DNA of 64,000 bases, taken from a virus. The stretch lies in the IMG/VR virus record IMGVR_UViG_3300020166_000747; one strand, 5' to 3'. Numbering within the stretch: the stretch's first letter is position 1; each line of letters opens with the position of its first letter. The translations under genes were made by a program, and so were the position numbers. Below the pieces are notes generated by a model that saw nothing but the letters and a program-made list of their open reading frames with translations, had not been told where the DNA came from and ran no database searches. Of the stretch, positions 9,427 to 19,999 are shown one piece after another.

Positions 9427-10598
9427 TTCTTATAACTCACATCACCTGGGTAGATCGGAACCATTGCACCAGGCGCGCGTTTTGGGATCTTACTATCTGC
9501 ACTAGATACGCAACTATCTGAAATACATACCTTAGGTGCATCGAACAGTTTAAACCCGCTTTCAATATACCCTAGAGGCTCGTCGGAGCAACTGTAAGAG
9601 CGTTTAATAGACCCATCAGGTTCACGTATGATAATACCCTTAAACCCACTTGTGCAATCCCAGCCTTTAAACTTATTAAAGTTAAACGCATTGAAACGTT
9701 CTGCTTGGTCCATATAGTACTTGTCGCCCTTACTATCTTCAAACTCAACTTGCATGATAGGTGGGACGTTCTTATCATCACCGTTTAACATATCCATCTT
9801 ATACATAGAACCTGTACGAGGTTTTGGACGCTTTGCTTTGATATCATTTGCTTTCGCAATAGTATCAGTATACGCACGTTGCGGCATACCGTTCTGCATC
9901 ATCTTTAATTGTTCATCAGTATAACCATCTACAACACGTGACGCTGTAGGATCGGACTGAGGTTTTAGTGTAACATTGATGCCACGCTTATGAAAGTACA
10001 TTGCATTGTCCCAATCTCTTTCGAACCACTCGGGGACTAGAACCATGTTAATTGTCACTTGCACATCGTGTTCCATACAGAACAACAGCTTATCAGCAAA
10101 TTCTTCCTGCTTTGCATATTCACTGTGGAATGATGCAGTAATACTAGCACGATGAAACTTTGCAACAATATCACAATATGTCTGAAACCAATCCATCTTA
10201 CGTGCCATATTTGTTGTCATATGAACAGAGGTATAATTAGTGTTATCGACATCATCAGCCAAATGCTGCAAAATATCCAGGTATCCTGGATGAAAAGTAG
10301 GCTCACCGCCTGACAGACTAAAATGAAAGCTATTAAAACTGTTATCACGTGCTTGCCTCTTTATTTCATCTATTGTTGCTAAACATAACTCTGTGGGCCT
10401 GTGGTCTTTTCTATCGCTCCTAGCATAAGGCCAGCAGTACGAACACTTGTAATTACAGAAACGTCCTAATAACCAAGATACTGAAAATAAGTCTCTGTAT
10501 AAAAGTGTTCGCTGCCCGACTTTTACAATATCATCGTATGGAGTTGCAGTAAAGTCATATTGTGACCAATAGTCTGCGTCTTTCTTAATCTCTGTCAT
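9423..10598 (-). CDS. Radical SAM protein with C-terminal Cys cluster
   Basis: CNYKCSYC, LSGGEPT, TTN; WDCTSG...C...C...C at C terminus. Confidence 0.92.
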   Translation of the reverse strand: MTEIKKDADYWSQYDFTATPYDDIVKVGQRTLLYRDLFSVSWLLGRFCNYKCSYCWPYARSDRKDHRPTELCLATIDEIKRQARDNSFNSFHFSLSGGEPTFHPGYLDILQHLADDVDNTNYTSVHMTTNMARKMDWFQTYCDIVAKFHRASITASFHSEYAKQEEFADKLLFCMEHDVQVTINMVLVPEWFERDWDNAMYFHKRGINVTLKPQSDPTASRVVDGYTDEQLKMMQNGMPQRAYTDTIAKANDIKAKRPKPRTGSMYKMDMLNGDDKNVPPIMQVEFEDSKGDKYYMDQAERFNAFNFNKFKGWDCTSGFKGIIIREPDGSIKRSYSCSDEPLGYIESGFKLFDAPKVCISDSCVSSADSKIPKRAPGAMVPIYPGDVSYKK

Positions 10599-10600
10599 AT

Positions 10601-12028
10601 TTATACCTTATACTTCTTCATTGCTGTATATAGTTCTGGCAGTTGCCGTTCCATATCTTCATCTCTGATATTATCTAACTTACCATTGTAGTCCCAAAAC
10701 TTCTTATTATTTTCTTCTGTAAACCAATCTTCTCCATACATAAAATTAATGTTAGTATCTAGAAGTTGGTTCATCTTTTCAATTGCCCATTCTCTATTAG
10801 CTGGCTTAATCATTCCCATCATAGCAGGATTCTTTTTTGCTGGACTATGAAAGTCAATAGTATCTACGATACTATCTTTGAATTCTGTTCTGAACGCTTC
10901 CCAACTATCACGTACTTGATCTTTGACATCTTTTGGTAAGAAGCGTGTACTCAATTCGTGTGGTCTATGTATAGGATGTACGTTAGCATAAGGTTTAGGA
11001 TTGTTTTTTAGCATAGGAGATATAACAGCAAAGTCCTGTTGTATCTTCCATTTTAAAAACTCAGGTAAATGAAATGCATTCAATGAGCCGATAGTAAAAG
11101 CGATCCATGCTCTAAACTTCATTGTTTCTGTGCCAACTTCATCTAGCTTCTTTAGATTTTTTTCTATTAGTTTCGACTTTAGCGGATTACGTACATACTC
11201 TAGTGTATCACCTATGCCGTCCATTGAGATACCAAACTGCACTTGCTTAAATTCTGACCACAGTTCTAATGCACGTGGCTGAATATTAGTAAGGTTTGTA
11301 TTGTATTCTAGTGTAATATCCTTAGAATATCCTTTTTCTACACAATGATTAAGGAATTCATAATGACGTTCAATAATTAGTGGCTCTCCACCAACTAGAT
11401 ATACATGTTGCATACCAGCGACATTGTTTTCTAAATTTTCCCAGAAATGGTCACGATGTACCCAATCATAGTCATCAGCAACGAACTTGCCCTTTTCATT
11501 CTTATACATTTCTACGATGCCATGGGTGTCTTTGAATCTGTTTGTCCCCCACATCTTCACGTAATCATCATACCATGCACTTGAATCCATTGGAGAACAC
11601 ATACGACACTTTAGATTACAAAAGTTACCTAAACGAATATCGTAATAAGTTTGTTTGATGTGGTCTAAGTCAATTTTGCCGTGTTCATCTGTATGCTTAA
11701 CTGCATCTTCCCAAGTAATATGTTTAGCAAATCTTTCACCATCATTAATGCGGCGCGATTTCATACCTGCTTTTTCTTCACGTACACAACGTACACATTC
11801 AGGATGCCATTCCCCATCTAACATAGTCTTGCGAATTTCTTTGGCAAGGGGTGAGTTAATAGCATCAGTGATATTATCACGATGCAAGTTATAATTTTTA
11901 CCGTCTTCCTTCTTATATATTCCTCGTGTTGGTCCCTGATTAGCATGACAACAAACTCTCAAGTCACCGTTTGCACGTGTTGAAATATTAATCCAAGGAA
12001 GAATACAGAATGTATCACTCTTTTGCAT
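10601..12028 (-). CDS. N-terminal twitch-domain radical SAM protein
   Basis: FCILPW..VCC..CVRC then CNLKCRMC, VGGEPL, YNTN. Confidence 0.93.
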   Translation of the reverse strand: MQKSDTFCILPWINISTRANGDLRVCCHANQGPTRGIYKKEDGKNYNLHRDNITDAINSPLAKEIRKTMLDGEWHPECVRCVREEKAGMKSRRINDGERFAKHITWEDAVKHTDEHGKIDLDHIKQTYYDIRLGNFCNLKCRMCSPMDSSAWYDDYVKMWGTNRFKDTHGIVEMYKNEKGKFVADDYDWVHRDHFWENLENNVAGMQHVYLVGGEPLIIERHYEFLNHCVEKGYSKDITLEYNTNLTNIQPRALELWSEFKQVQFGISMDGIGDTLEYVRNPLKSKLIEKNLKKLDEVGTETMKFRAWIAFTIGSLNAFHLPEFLKWKIQQDFAVISPMLKNNPKPYANVHPIHRPHELSTRFLPKDVKDQVRDSWEAFRTEFKDSIVDTIDFHSPAKKNPAMMGMIKPANREWAIEKMNQLLDTNINFMYGEDWFTEENNKKFWDYNGKLDNIRDEDMERQLPELYTAMKKYKV

Positions 12029-13241
12029 ATTCGTTCATCTCCGTATCTTCAAAGTTTTGCTCACCGTTGCCTCTGAAATCTAATTCTTTGCCACAAGTCT
12101 TACCGCATATCCAAAGACGTTCTTGTGAGTTAGTATTCCAGCTTGAAACTAAATCGTTTGAGAAGTATGGTGACTTTAAGATTTCAAAGATACTATGCTT
12201 TGATAGATTATTAAAGTCAGCTCCATACTTTTCCCACATATCTTTGTTATCTTCAATGCGTCTTGGCGTTGCCATGTCATGACCAATCTTACTGTAGTAA
12301 TGTCCCTGCCAACAGCACGGCCAAACTTTACCTTGATAGTCAACAAAGATACTTTTATCTCTTGCTGTTTGGCATTCTATCTCTGTTGTATTTACATAAT
12401 TATCAAAGCTCTTGTGTTTCTTGATAACTGCATCTACTTTCTCTGTAGTGTTAGCTTGCTTCTTTGGTGCAGCAAGAATAGTCTCTAATGCTTTTTCTTT
12501 TTGTTCTGTAGTCTTTTCTTGCTTTTTCTTTTGCGCTACATGTTGTTTAGCAACGAACTGAATCTCTGTACGCTTAACAATCTGCTCTTGTTCTTCGCCA
12601 TCATAATGTGTTGGGATTACATAACGATTTGATTTCTTATAGCGAAACTTGACAAAGCCCATGTCTTCTGCTAGTTGTCGTGCTTCTTCAATTTGATGTT
12701 CATTGTGCGCAAAACCAATGTAATCCCAACGTGCAATCCCGCCGGCGGCGATGAATGCTTTTGAATTGCGCATAATCGTTGACCATTTAGAGTTTACACG
12801 ATACAAGTGATTAGTATCTTCTAATCCATCAATAGCAAAGATTACCTTGTCTGGTTTTCGCATGATAGTAGCAAGCTCAGTCCACCATGCTTCTGTCTGT
12901 GCTGAACCATTTGTACTAAGTGTTACTTGTGGTACTCCCATATCTTTGCACATCTTAACTACTTCAAGTAGATAAGGATACATAATAGGATCACCATAGT
13001 TACCATTGATAAAGACATGATTGGGAAGAAACGGCTTAGTGTCTTCTAATATCTGTTGAATTAGTCTAGGATCAGTGTCAGTTAAGTCTAAGTCATCACG
13101 CTTTCGGAGATTTCCATCGTCCCCATCCATTCCGGTTGTTCTTCCGCACATAGGACATAGCAAATTGCATCTAGAAGTTAATTCTAAATGTAATACACCG
13201 ATGTTAAAGTCTATATACTTTAAGTTCTCTGATTTCGCCAT
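12015..13241 (-). CDS. Radical SAM/SPASM-twitch protein (GNYGD subtype)
   Basis: CNLLCPMC, NGNYGDP, STNG, FAIDG; C-terminal C..PCC..CGKTC. Confidence 0.92.
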   Translation of the reverse strand: MAKSENLKYIDFNIGVLHLELTSRCNLLCPMCGRTTGMDGDDGNLRKRDDLDLTDTDPRLIQQILEDTKPFLPNHVFINGNYGDPIMYPYLLEVVKMCKDMGVPQVTLSTNGSAQTEAWWTELATIMRKPDKVIFAIDGLEDTNHLYRVNSKWSTIMRNSKAFIAAGGIARWDYIGFAHNEHQIEEARQLAEDMGFVKFRYKKSNRYVIPTHYDGEEQEQIVKRTEIQFVAKQHVAQKKKQEKTTEQKEKALETILAAPKKQANTTEKVDAVIKKHKSFDNYVNTTEIECQTARDKSIFVDYQGKVWPCCWQGHYYSKIGHDMATPRRIEDNKDMWEKYGADFNNLSKHSIFEILKSPYFSNDLVSSWNTNSQERLWICGKTCGKELDFRGNGEQNFEDTEMNEYAKE

Positions 13242-14812
13242 CTCATAAACACTTTTTCTGGCATACTATTATATGCGTTATTTAATTCTGATACTTGCAT
13301 TCCTCGCGTAGGAGACCCGTCCCAATCTGCACTATGAACACGCATACGCGCATTAATCTCTGACAGGTCATTCATGAATTTAGAATAAACCTCTCTGCGT
13401 TCTTCATATGATAGAACCCAAGTTGTATAACGTGTAGTAATGTAGTTACTACTCCATAATACATCATCAAAGTTATCATCTGGTTCTTCGATTATATTCA
13501 ATAAAGAACTCCAATCTCTTATGAGATTAGACTGTGTATATGTAGTTTCATTATGTCTTACACGCTCAAAGAATTCGTACCATTCTTCCATGCTATCAAA
13601 AATACGTAGGATACTTGCTTCATATGCATCTTTCGCACGTTCTCTTTCACTTGCCCAATCTTCTGATTCATAGTCAAAGTCTTCGTAAATAGAGATTAGC
13701 CCTATATCTTTATTATAATAGTTTTCTTTCAAAAAGTCAAGATACATATTGAAGTTTCTTGGATCCCATTCTTCATTTACCCACTTACGTACATTAAGTG
13801 CATTCTGTGAGATATCAAAGTATTTAACCTTTACATCGTCAATACTTGTATCGGCATGCCAATTTCTCATGAATGCGAATGTTTTGAAACCTGCTGCAAC
13901 TGAATATAAATTTCGCAGTGGCTTCTTTGATGGTACAAATTTAATATCATCAATACTTTCAGTGTTTAGAATCCACATGGCATGCGGTGACCGTTCTACT
14001 GTAAACTGTTGGTAATCTAGGAAATCTTTCTTTGTGCCATCAAGTGGCGTGTCCCACTTCTTAAAGTTTGCACAATCTTCTCTAAAGAACTTTTTAAATT
14101 CTGCTTGTTCTTCTTTGATTTCTGGATACACATATGTTTTTGTTGCGCGTGCCGATTCATCAAAGTTAGGAACAGACAGTCCCATTTTTAAGCTCTCGTT
14201 AATGAAGTTCCACCCAAAGCCAGTACGTTTGATTTCTTCTTGTGCTGGGCCGGGAGCTAGATACTTAGGTGTATGACTATCATGAAAGTTTTCTGTACTA
14301 CGAATAGCTTGTCTTACTTCTGTCTTTTTAACACTGAAATCGCCAAACAACGGTTCTCCAAGTTCTTTCCATAGCTTATAATTAATAACAAAGCATTGCT
14401 CATGTAACCTAAACCAACGATCCTTATGTTGTTCATCAAGAATATGCCCCATTACTAGAAACTTATTCTGTTGCGCCATTGGTAGATATTCATGATTACA
14501 GTATTCTCTAAAAAGACTATAACCATGCTCAAGCGGTTTCCAAGCATCATATAAAAAATTACCATATGCTTGCACGACAACCATATCAATGTTTGATTCT
14601 TTTTCATCAGTCTTTACAGCTTGTAAAATTTTATCTACTGAATTTTCTTCATAGATTGGATGCTTAAAGAAACTGTAATTGTTTCTTAAAAAATTATAAG
14701 TAATCGCTCTCATATAATTACTGATTTCATCATCACCAATCGTTTTAGATGTGTCTAGTACTGCACATCTAATCTGTGGCATGAAGTTGTAAGAGCGTTG
14801 ATTTTTCTTCAT
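13220..14812 (-). CDS. Hypothetical two-domain protein (glycosyltransferase-like N terminus, Rossmann/methyltransferase-like C terminus)
   Basis: 530-aa ORF coupled to neighbours; GHILD..LHEQCFVIN and YSVAAGFK..YFDISQNAL motifs. Confidence 0.45.
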   Translation of the reverse strand: MKKNQRSYNFMPQIRCAVLDTSKTIGDDEISNYMRAITYNFLRNNYSFFKHPIYEENSVDKILQAVKTDEKESNIDMVVVQAYGNFLYDAWKPLEHGYSLFREYCNHEYLPMAQQNKFLVMGHILDEQHKDRWFRLHEQCFVINYKLWKELGEPLFGDFSVKKTEVRQAIRSTENFHDSHTPKYLAPGPAQEEIKRTGFGWNFINESLKMGLSVPNFDESARATKTYVYPEIKEEQAEFKKFFREDCANFKKWDTPLDGTKKDFLDYQQFTVERSPHAMWILNTESIDDIKFVPSKKPLRNLYSVAAGFKTFAFMRNWHADTSIDDVKVKYFDISQNALNVRKWVNEEWDPRNFNMYLDFLKENYYNKDIGLISIYEDFDYESEDWASERERAKDAYEASILRIFDSMEEWYEFFERVRHNETTYTQSNLIRDWSSLLNIIEEPDDNFDDVLWSSNYITTRYTTWVLSYEERREVYSKFMNDLSEINARMRVHSADWDGSPTRGMQVSELNNAYNSMPEKVFMRWRNQRT

Positions 14813-15609
14813 TGTGTCACTTTATTCCAACTGTTTAGTATTAAATCTTCAAATTCTTTTCCGCCATACTGTCCATGAACAATCATATGTACACGAACTT
14901 CATCTGTGTCATTCATCACAGCATGTTTGTGTCCTACATTCATCTTAAACATTTTGCCTGGCTTCCACGGAACATACGCATTGTCATCAATCATTTTAAA
15001 GTAACAATGCTCTGGGTTGTTCAACGATATATTTAGCGGTCCTAATTTGTCGTGTTCGTAATCAGTATGCGGAGTGATATAACCGCCTGGTTCTAGATAC
15101 ATGAAACGTACTCGATCAAACGCATTATATCCGGGGATAGATTTAATCATCTCTACTGTTGTTGGGCATTTATCTGCAATCTCTGTCCAGCCATATGCTT
15201 TACGTGCTTCATATTCGTTTTCATATGTAAACCCGGCTGCAATTACATCTTTACTATCCCAATGTTGTGATATGTGCTTGTGTAACCCATGTAGAGTCAG
15301 GGAGCGCCAACCACGATGCCCATAATCGTTTGGATCATTTTCATCATAGTCATTTGAACGATGCTGAATTGCCTCATCATAGACTTCCATCGCCTCATCA
15401 TAGCATTTCTTCCAATCAAACTCTGGGACATCTAATTCAAGCCAAGGTATACTAGACTCATGTGTTACCCACTTTGATTTTCTAAAACGTGCAGTTGGTG
15501 GGAACATAGGCTCATTCATCATAGCATCTACAAACGAACCTGGCATTGTATCAAAGCTATAACTATTTCTATCTTTGAAATGTTCTTCTATTGTTTTTGG
15601 ATAATCCAT
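14809..15609 (-). CDS. Aspartyl/asparaginyl beta-hydroxylase family 2OG-Fe(II) oxygenase
   Basis: GWRSLTLHG, RVRFMYLEPGGYITPHTD, HAVMN, RVHMIVHG; start reset to TAATG overlap at 15609. Confidence 0.85.
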   Translation of the reverse strand: MDYPKTIEEHFKDRNSYSFDTMPGSFVDAMMNEPMFPPTARFRKSKWVTHESSIPWLELDVPEFDWKKCYDEAMEVYDEAIQHRSNDYDENDPNDYGHRGWRSLTLHGLHKHISQHWDSKDVIAAGFTYENEYEARKAYGWTEIADKCPTTVEMIKSIPGYNAFDRVRFMYLEPGGYITPHTDYEHDKLGPLNISLNNPEHCYFKMIDDNAYVPWKPGKMFKMNVGHKHAVMNDTDEVRVHMIVHGQYGGKEFEDLILNSWNKVTQ

Positions 15610-16271
15610 TATTCTAATCTCCCAAATGCCCATTTACGTTCTTCGCACCACCAACATTCACCACAATGCCCAAGTCCGGGGTCTTCTATTTTTTCAAAAT
15701 AATCACTTGTAGGATCATATTCGCAACTACGTGTAATACTATATAAATCTTCTAGTAGATTTTCTTCATTATACATTTTTGCAATTGATCTTTTATCTAC
15801 GTTTGTCCATGGTGTATATGCAACGCCATTGACGATAAACGGCTTAATTACTCCAGGATTACGCTTTGTCTCTGTAATCTTTAATTTAAAATTATCTGAT
15901 ATATTAGTCGGCGGGTTCTCTGTTATGCCAGTGTATAGCATTTTTATAACGCCATTATCTATATAAGGTCTCAGCTTTGGAAATAGTGTCTCAGAACTCT
16001 GTACTTCACAGTATGAAATATGATGCTCTATATTACTGTTGCCTGTTAATTGAATACAACGTTCAACTACTTTAGTAGCGACCTCTACGTTATGTCTGCT
16101 ACGTTGATTATTACCAGTAGAGAATATATAAATCTTATCTTCGCAATGCTTCATTAGGTTATACAAAAGTATAGAGCTATCTGCTCCTCCGCTACAGCTT
16201 ACGCCTACCGGTCCTTCATATATATCTAAATTCACACCAGATACATCGATAGATTTAATTACTCTAGTCAA
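15609..16271 (-). CDS. QueC-like PP-loop ATPase
   Basis: SGGADS PP-loop; TRSC...HCGECWWCEER Zn site. Confidence 0.78.
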   Translation of the reverse strand: MTRVIKSIDVSGVNLDIYEGPVGVSCSGGADSSILLYNLMKHCEDKIYIFSTGNNQRSRHNVEVATKVVERCIQLTGNSNIEHHISYCEVQSSETLFPKLRPYIDNGVIKMLYTGITENPPTNISDNFKLKITETKRNPGVIKPFIVNGVAYTPWTNVDKRSIAKMYNEENLLEDLYSITRSCEYDPTSDYFEKIEDPGLGHCGECWWCEERKWAFGRLE

Positions 16272-17820
16272 TATCTAACTCCTGCTGATTGACGTGGAAC
16301 CCACTATCTTCTAATTCTTTTAATAGTCTGTCATCGAACTCGCCGTCCCAATCATCACCAGCTTCTGGTGTCCAATCTAGTAATGGTGCCATCTCTGGGA
16401 ACACATCTCTAAAGTTTGTATCTCTAATAGCATCCATCTTTTCAATATACTCAATAAATTCTGGCATACGCTCACGTGACCAGTCGCCACTATTCATAAA
16501 TGATATCATACCTTTAAGTCTTCGCACACCATATGCGGCATGTAACCACTCATCTTTGCTCGTCTGTGTCTCTGTTACGCCATCACATTTTTCCCAGTTG
16601 TCTTCAAGCCACTCAATAAAGGTATCAAATTTAGCTTCACACATTTGCTTGAACCAGTTAGGAAGAACTTTAACATTCAAATGTGGTGGGTGATAAACAA
16701 AATGATAGTTAATCATACCTGCACCCAGTGGCCACAGATTGATTTTCTTAAAGTTTTGCTCAATTTTCCACTTGACAAAATCAGGTAAGTAGTATATGTT
16801 TAGTGCTTGTACGGCACACGCTACTGTTACTTCTACATTAGGACCCGTATTGTCTAGTACATGAAACATGTCTACTGTATGTTGCCATGTTGATGGGAAA
16901 CGAATATAATCGTTCATCTCACTAATCGAGTCAACTGAGTAATGAAAACGTACACGCTTGAACAGTTTCCACAAGTCGAACAAACGCTGTGGCATCTCTA
17001 AACCATTGGAGTTATAGCGTAGTTCAATCTGCGGAGCATAACCTCTACGAACAACTTCTTCAAGTAGAGTGTAATGTTCTTCGATGATAGTCGCTTCGCC
17101 ACCAGCAAAATACAATTGCTTCATGTGTGGGATTTGTTCATATAACTGTTCCCAAAACGCTTCGTTCTTTTTATGCCAGTTGTAACTTGCACCATCAATC
17201 TGACCTTTGTTACCCCATTGCATTGTTTCTTTCAGTGATTCATTCTCAATAGTCGGATGCAGTTTAAGCCAATCTTTAACCCACATTGAACTATCATGTG
17301 GCGAACACATAATACATTTCAAGTTACATTTACTGCCAAGACGTAAATCTAAGTATCTGATCTTCGGAGGGATTTCGCCTTCGTCAGATGTCTCATCGAT
17401 GATTTGCTCCATATCTACTCTACGTGACCAGTACTCAGTTTCCCAAAAACGCTTAGACATGTGACCAGCATCTTCTTCATTATAACATTTAATACATGAT
17501 GGTGGTTTCTTATTATTAAGCATCTGCATACGCACATTTTTCATGTAATCGTTGTTCCAACTAGACATTAAGTCTGTGTGATTCAAGTTAGCAGGTTTAC
17601 CATCGGCATTTTTTAAAACACCAACTTCGCCACCGTGTTCTTTGTCGTTAGTCGCGCCAACCGAACTCGCATTCGCTGTACAACAAACACGCATATGTCC
17701 ATTTGGGCGAGTAGACAAATGAACCCATGGCAATAAGCAAAACGTATCGCTAGGTGCATGTGGTACTCGTTTACGAAACTCTGCTAAATTCTTATTAAGT
17801 TCTTCTGATTTGTCAGACAT
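16264..17820 (-). CDS. N-terminal twitch-domain radical SAM protein
   Basis: FCLLPW..VCC..CIKC then CNLKCIMC, AGGEA, YNSNG. Confidence 0.93.
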   Translation of the reverse strand: MSDKSEELNKNLAEFRKRVPHAPSDTFCLLPWVHLSTRPNGHMRVCCTANASSVGATNDKEHGGEVGVLKNADGKPANLNHTDLMSSWNNDYMKNVRMQMLNNKKPPSCIKCYNEEDAGHMSKRFWETEYWSRRVDMEQIIDETSDEGEIPPKIRYLDLRLGSKCNLKCIMCSPHDSSMWVKDWLKLHPTIENESLKETMQWGNKGQIDGASYNWHKKNEAFWEQLYEQIPHMKQLYFAGGEATIIEEHYTLLEEVVRRGYAPQIELRYNSNGLEMPQRLFDLWKLFKRVRFHYSVDSISEMNDYIRFPSTWQHTVDMFHVLDNTGPNVEVTVACAVQALNIYYLPDFVKWKIEQNFKKINLWPLGAGMINYHFVYHPPHLNVKVLPNWFKQMCEAKFDTFIEWLEDNWEKCDGVTETQTSKDEWLHAAYGVRRLKGMISFMNSGDWSRERMPEFIEYIEKMDAIRDTNFRDVFPEMAPLLDWTPEAGDDWDGEFDDRLLKELEDSGFHVNQQELDID

Positions 17821-17849
17821 GTTAACTCCAATTTTAATTATATACGTAT

Positions 17850-18911
17850 TTATTCAACTCTATACTTAGTTGCCTCAACATCAGCAATACAGCTACACCA
17901 ATCGTATTCACAGATTCTACCAGTTACTGGAAATTCTATGTTATCTGGATCGTTCATCATTCCGTGTTTCAAATCCGAAAAACAACTGCTACCAGAAGTT
18001 ACAACGCCGCGTTCATCAACTTTTAATGTTTCAACCCCTATATTACACATCCAGCCTTTCCAACTATTTCTGCCCGCGGCCATTGTATCATTTGATTGAG
18101 TGAACTCTATTTTTCCAGTATACGTATTAACAAATCGCATTAGTTTTCCATATGCTACCCGGCTTTGTTTTCTTTTATTCAACTCATGTTCAAAATTATC
18201 ACTATTTTTTAAATCGACATTAAAAAATTTAGGCTCACCTGCATATTTCTTAATTTCTTCTAAAAAGTCTGCACTATAATCAAATGTTTTATCATCGACA
18301 ATCGTTACTTGTAAACTTTTTGGGATAATACTACTACATTTAGCGTTTTCATAATAATATTTTGCTGCTTCTAAGCAATGATCCTCCAATGGCGGATACA
18401 TACATACCTGTACGCTAGTGACTACTCCCGCATCGTATAATATATTAAGTACATCGGTACAGTGAACATAATCTGCATTTTCGGGATGCCAACTAATAAT
18501 AACTTCATCAAATAAGTTAGCATTGCGTTTCCACCAATTCAAAGTACGAGATCCATTGGTCAATACACGCACAACACAATCTGGATCATATTCTTTGACT
18601 TTATTGAAAAATTTAGAGAAGTCTTTCCAGACCGTAGGTTCACCACCTAGTAAGTTCCATACAATCTTTTGTTTTCCAATTGAACGGTAATGGTCAGTAG
18701 TGCGTTTCACAAAATTAAATGCTATATCAACCTCTGGCCAAGCAAAGGTACCACCATACGACATTGGATGACAATAAGTACACTTATAATTACACGTGTT
18801 ACCTAAGGTCCAATCCACTATTACATAATCGTTTCCCATAATAGATTCATATCTATTATATTCTGAATTTAATTGGTCATTAGATTTGCTGATAAACTTA
18901 ATCTCTTGCAT
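17850..18911 (-). CDS. Radical SAM protein with C-terminal Cys cluster (paralog of 9423-10598)
   Basis: WTLGNTCNYKCTYC, LGGEPT, LTNG, WKGWMCNIG..C..C..CSC; start reset to 18911. Confidence 0.92.
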   Translation of the reverse strand: MQEIKFISKSNDQLNSEYNRYESIMGNDYVIVDWTLGNTCNYKCTYCHPMSYGGTFAWPEVDIAFNFVKRTTDHYRSIGKQKIVWNLLGGEPTVWKDFSKFFNKVKEYDPDCVVRVLTNGSRTLNWWKRNANLFDEVIISWHPENADYVHCTDVLNILYDAGVVTSVQVCMYPPLEDHCLEAAKYYYENAKCSSIIPKSLQVTIVDDKTFDYSADFLEEIKKYAGEPKFFNVDLKNSDNFEHELNKRKQSRVAYGKLMRFVNTYTGKIEFTQSNDTMAAGRNSWKGWMCNIGVETLKVDERGVVTSGSSCFSDLKHGMMNDPDNIEFPVTGRICEYDWCSCIADVEATKYRVE

Positions 18912-19999
18912 TATTGAAACTGTGCCTTGAATGCATCGAACTCTTTGCCACATGTTTTAGAACATACCATTGGTTTGCCAGCATGAGTATTTGGTTTACC
19001 CCAACTATCAACTAAGTTTTTAGTGAAGTAATCATTTTCAAGTACAGCCTTGATGCCATGCTTTCCGGCATCAAATGCATCTTTGCCACCACTACCTTGT
19101 ATTAGTTCCCATACTTGATTTTGTCCTGGCTTTTGCCACCACTTATACATGTTGCCTGCAACCCAACAACATGGGAGTACAAGACCTTCAGCACTTAGAT
19201 ACATGTTCTTTTCTTTTGCAACTTTACAGCTAATTTGTACATTGTCAAAGTATTGTTCTAGTGATCCGTGTTTCTCTTTTAGTTCTTCGATCTTGTCGAG
19301 TGCTTTATTTTGGTACTTAACTTCTTTTGGCTTTGCAAGTAATTGTTGCTTTTCGCCCTTGCGATTAACAGCTTGGTGCTTTTCTTTGCCTGCAATTTGC
19401 ATAGTAGAAAAGAAGCGACCAGTCTTCTTTGGCATAAACTTTCTAAACCCAACTTTTTCAGCAAGCGCCCGTGCTTCTTCAACCTGATGCTCGTTGTGTT
19501 CAAAGATAAGATAATCCCATTCTGCTTTACCGCCTGCTTCAATGAATGCTAGTGCATTCTCCCAAGCGATATCCCAATTAACACCTTGTCTGTATAGATG
19601 ATTTGTATCACCAAGTCCATCAAACGAGAACTTTAGATATGACCAGTTACCTAGAGTCTTAGCAAGTTCTCTCCACCAGTCTGGCTTCTTTGCACCAGCG
19701 TTTGTATTCATGCCTAATGTAAGTTCTTTCTTACATGAACGAAAATATTGAAATACTTCTAGCGTATCTTTAGCTACGATAGGATCACCAAAATTTCCAC
19801 ATAGATAAATTCTATCAAGTTGTTTGACAAACTCTGGCGGCATAATACGCTGTACATCTTCTAATGACAGTTCATGCATTCCCAAGTTTGGGTTGTCAGC
19901 ACCACCGTTCTGATTTCGATCACACATAGGACATGTCGCCTGACACTTCTCTGTAATTTCTAAATGTACAACCCTAATATCTTCATAGCTGTATAGCAT
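18911..19999 (-). CDS. Radical SAM/SPASM-twitch protein (GNFGD subtype)
   Basis: CQATCPMC, LCGNFGDP, FSFDG, PCC, CSKTC. Confidence 0.92.
   Translation of the reverse strand: MLYSYEDIRVVHLEITEKCQATCPMCDRNQNGGADNPNLGMHELSLEDVQRIMPPEFVKQLDRIYLCGNFGDPIVAKDTLEVFQYFRSCKKELTLGMNTNAGAKKPDWWRELAKTLGNWSYLKFSFDGLGDTNHLYRQGVNWDIAWENALAFIEAGGKAEWDYLIFEHNEHQVEEARALAEKVGFRKFMPKKTGRFFSTMQIAGKEKHQAVNRKGEKQQLLAKPKEVKYQNKALDKIEELKEKHGSLEQYFDNVQISCKVAKEKNMYLSAEGLVLPCCWVAGNMYKWWQKPGQNQVWELIQGSGGKDAFDAGKHGIKAVLENDYFTKNLVDSWGKPNTHAGKPMVCSKTCGKEFDAFKAQFQ

Noticed and set aside
10596-10606. TATAAATA at the 10601/10598 gene junction as a late promoter
   Set aside because: It is formed by the stop codon plus the next ATG and overlaps the start codon, so it cannot serve that gene
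15609-16271. 7-deazaguanine DNA modification cluster
   Set aside because: No folE, queD, queE or dpdA recognisable in the window; cannot be excluded elsewhere in the genome
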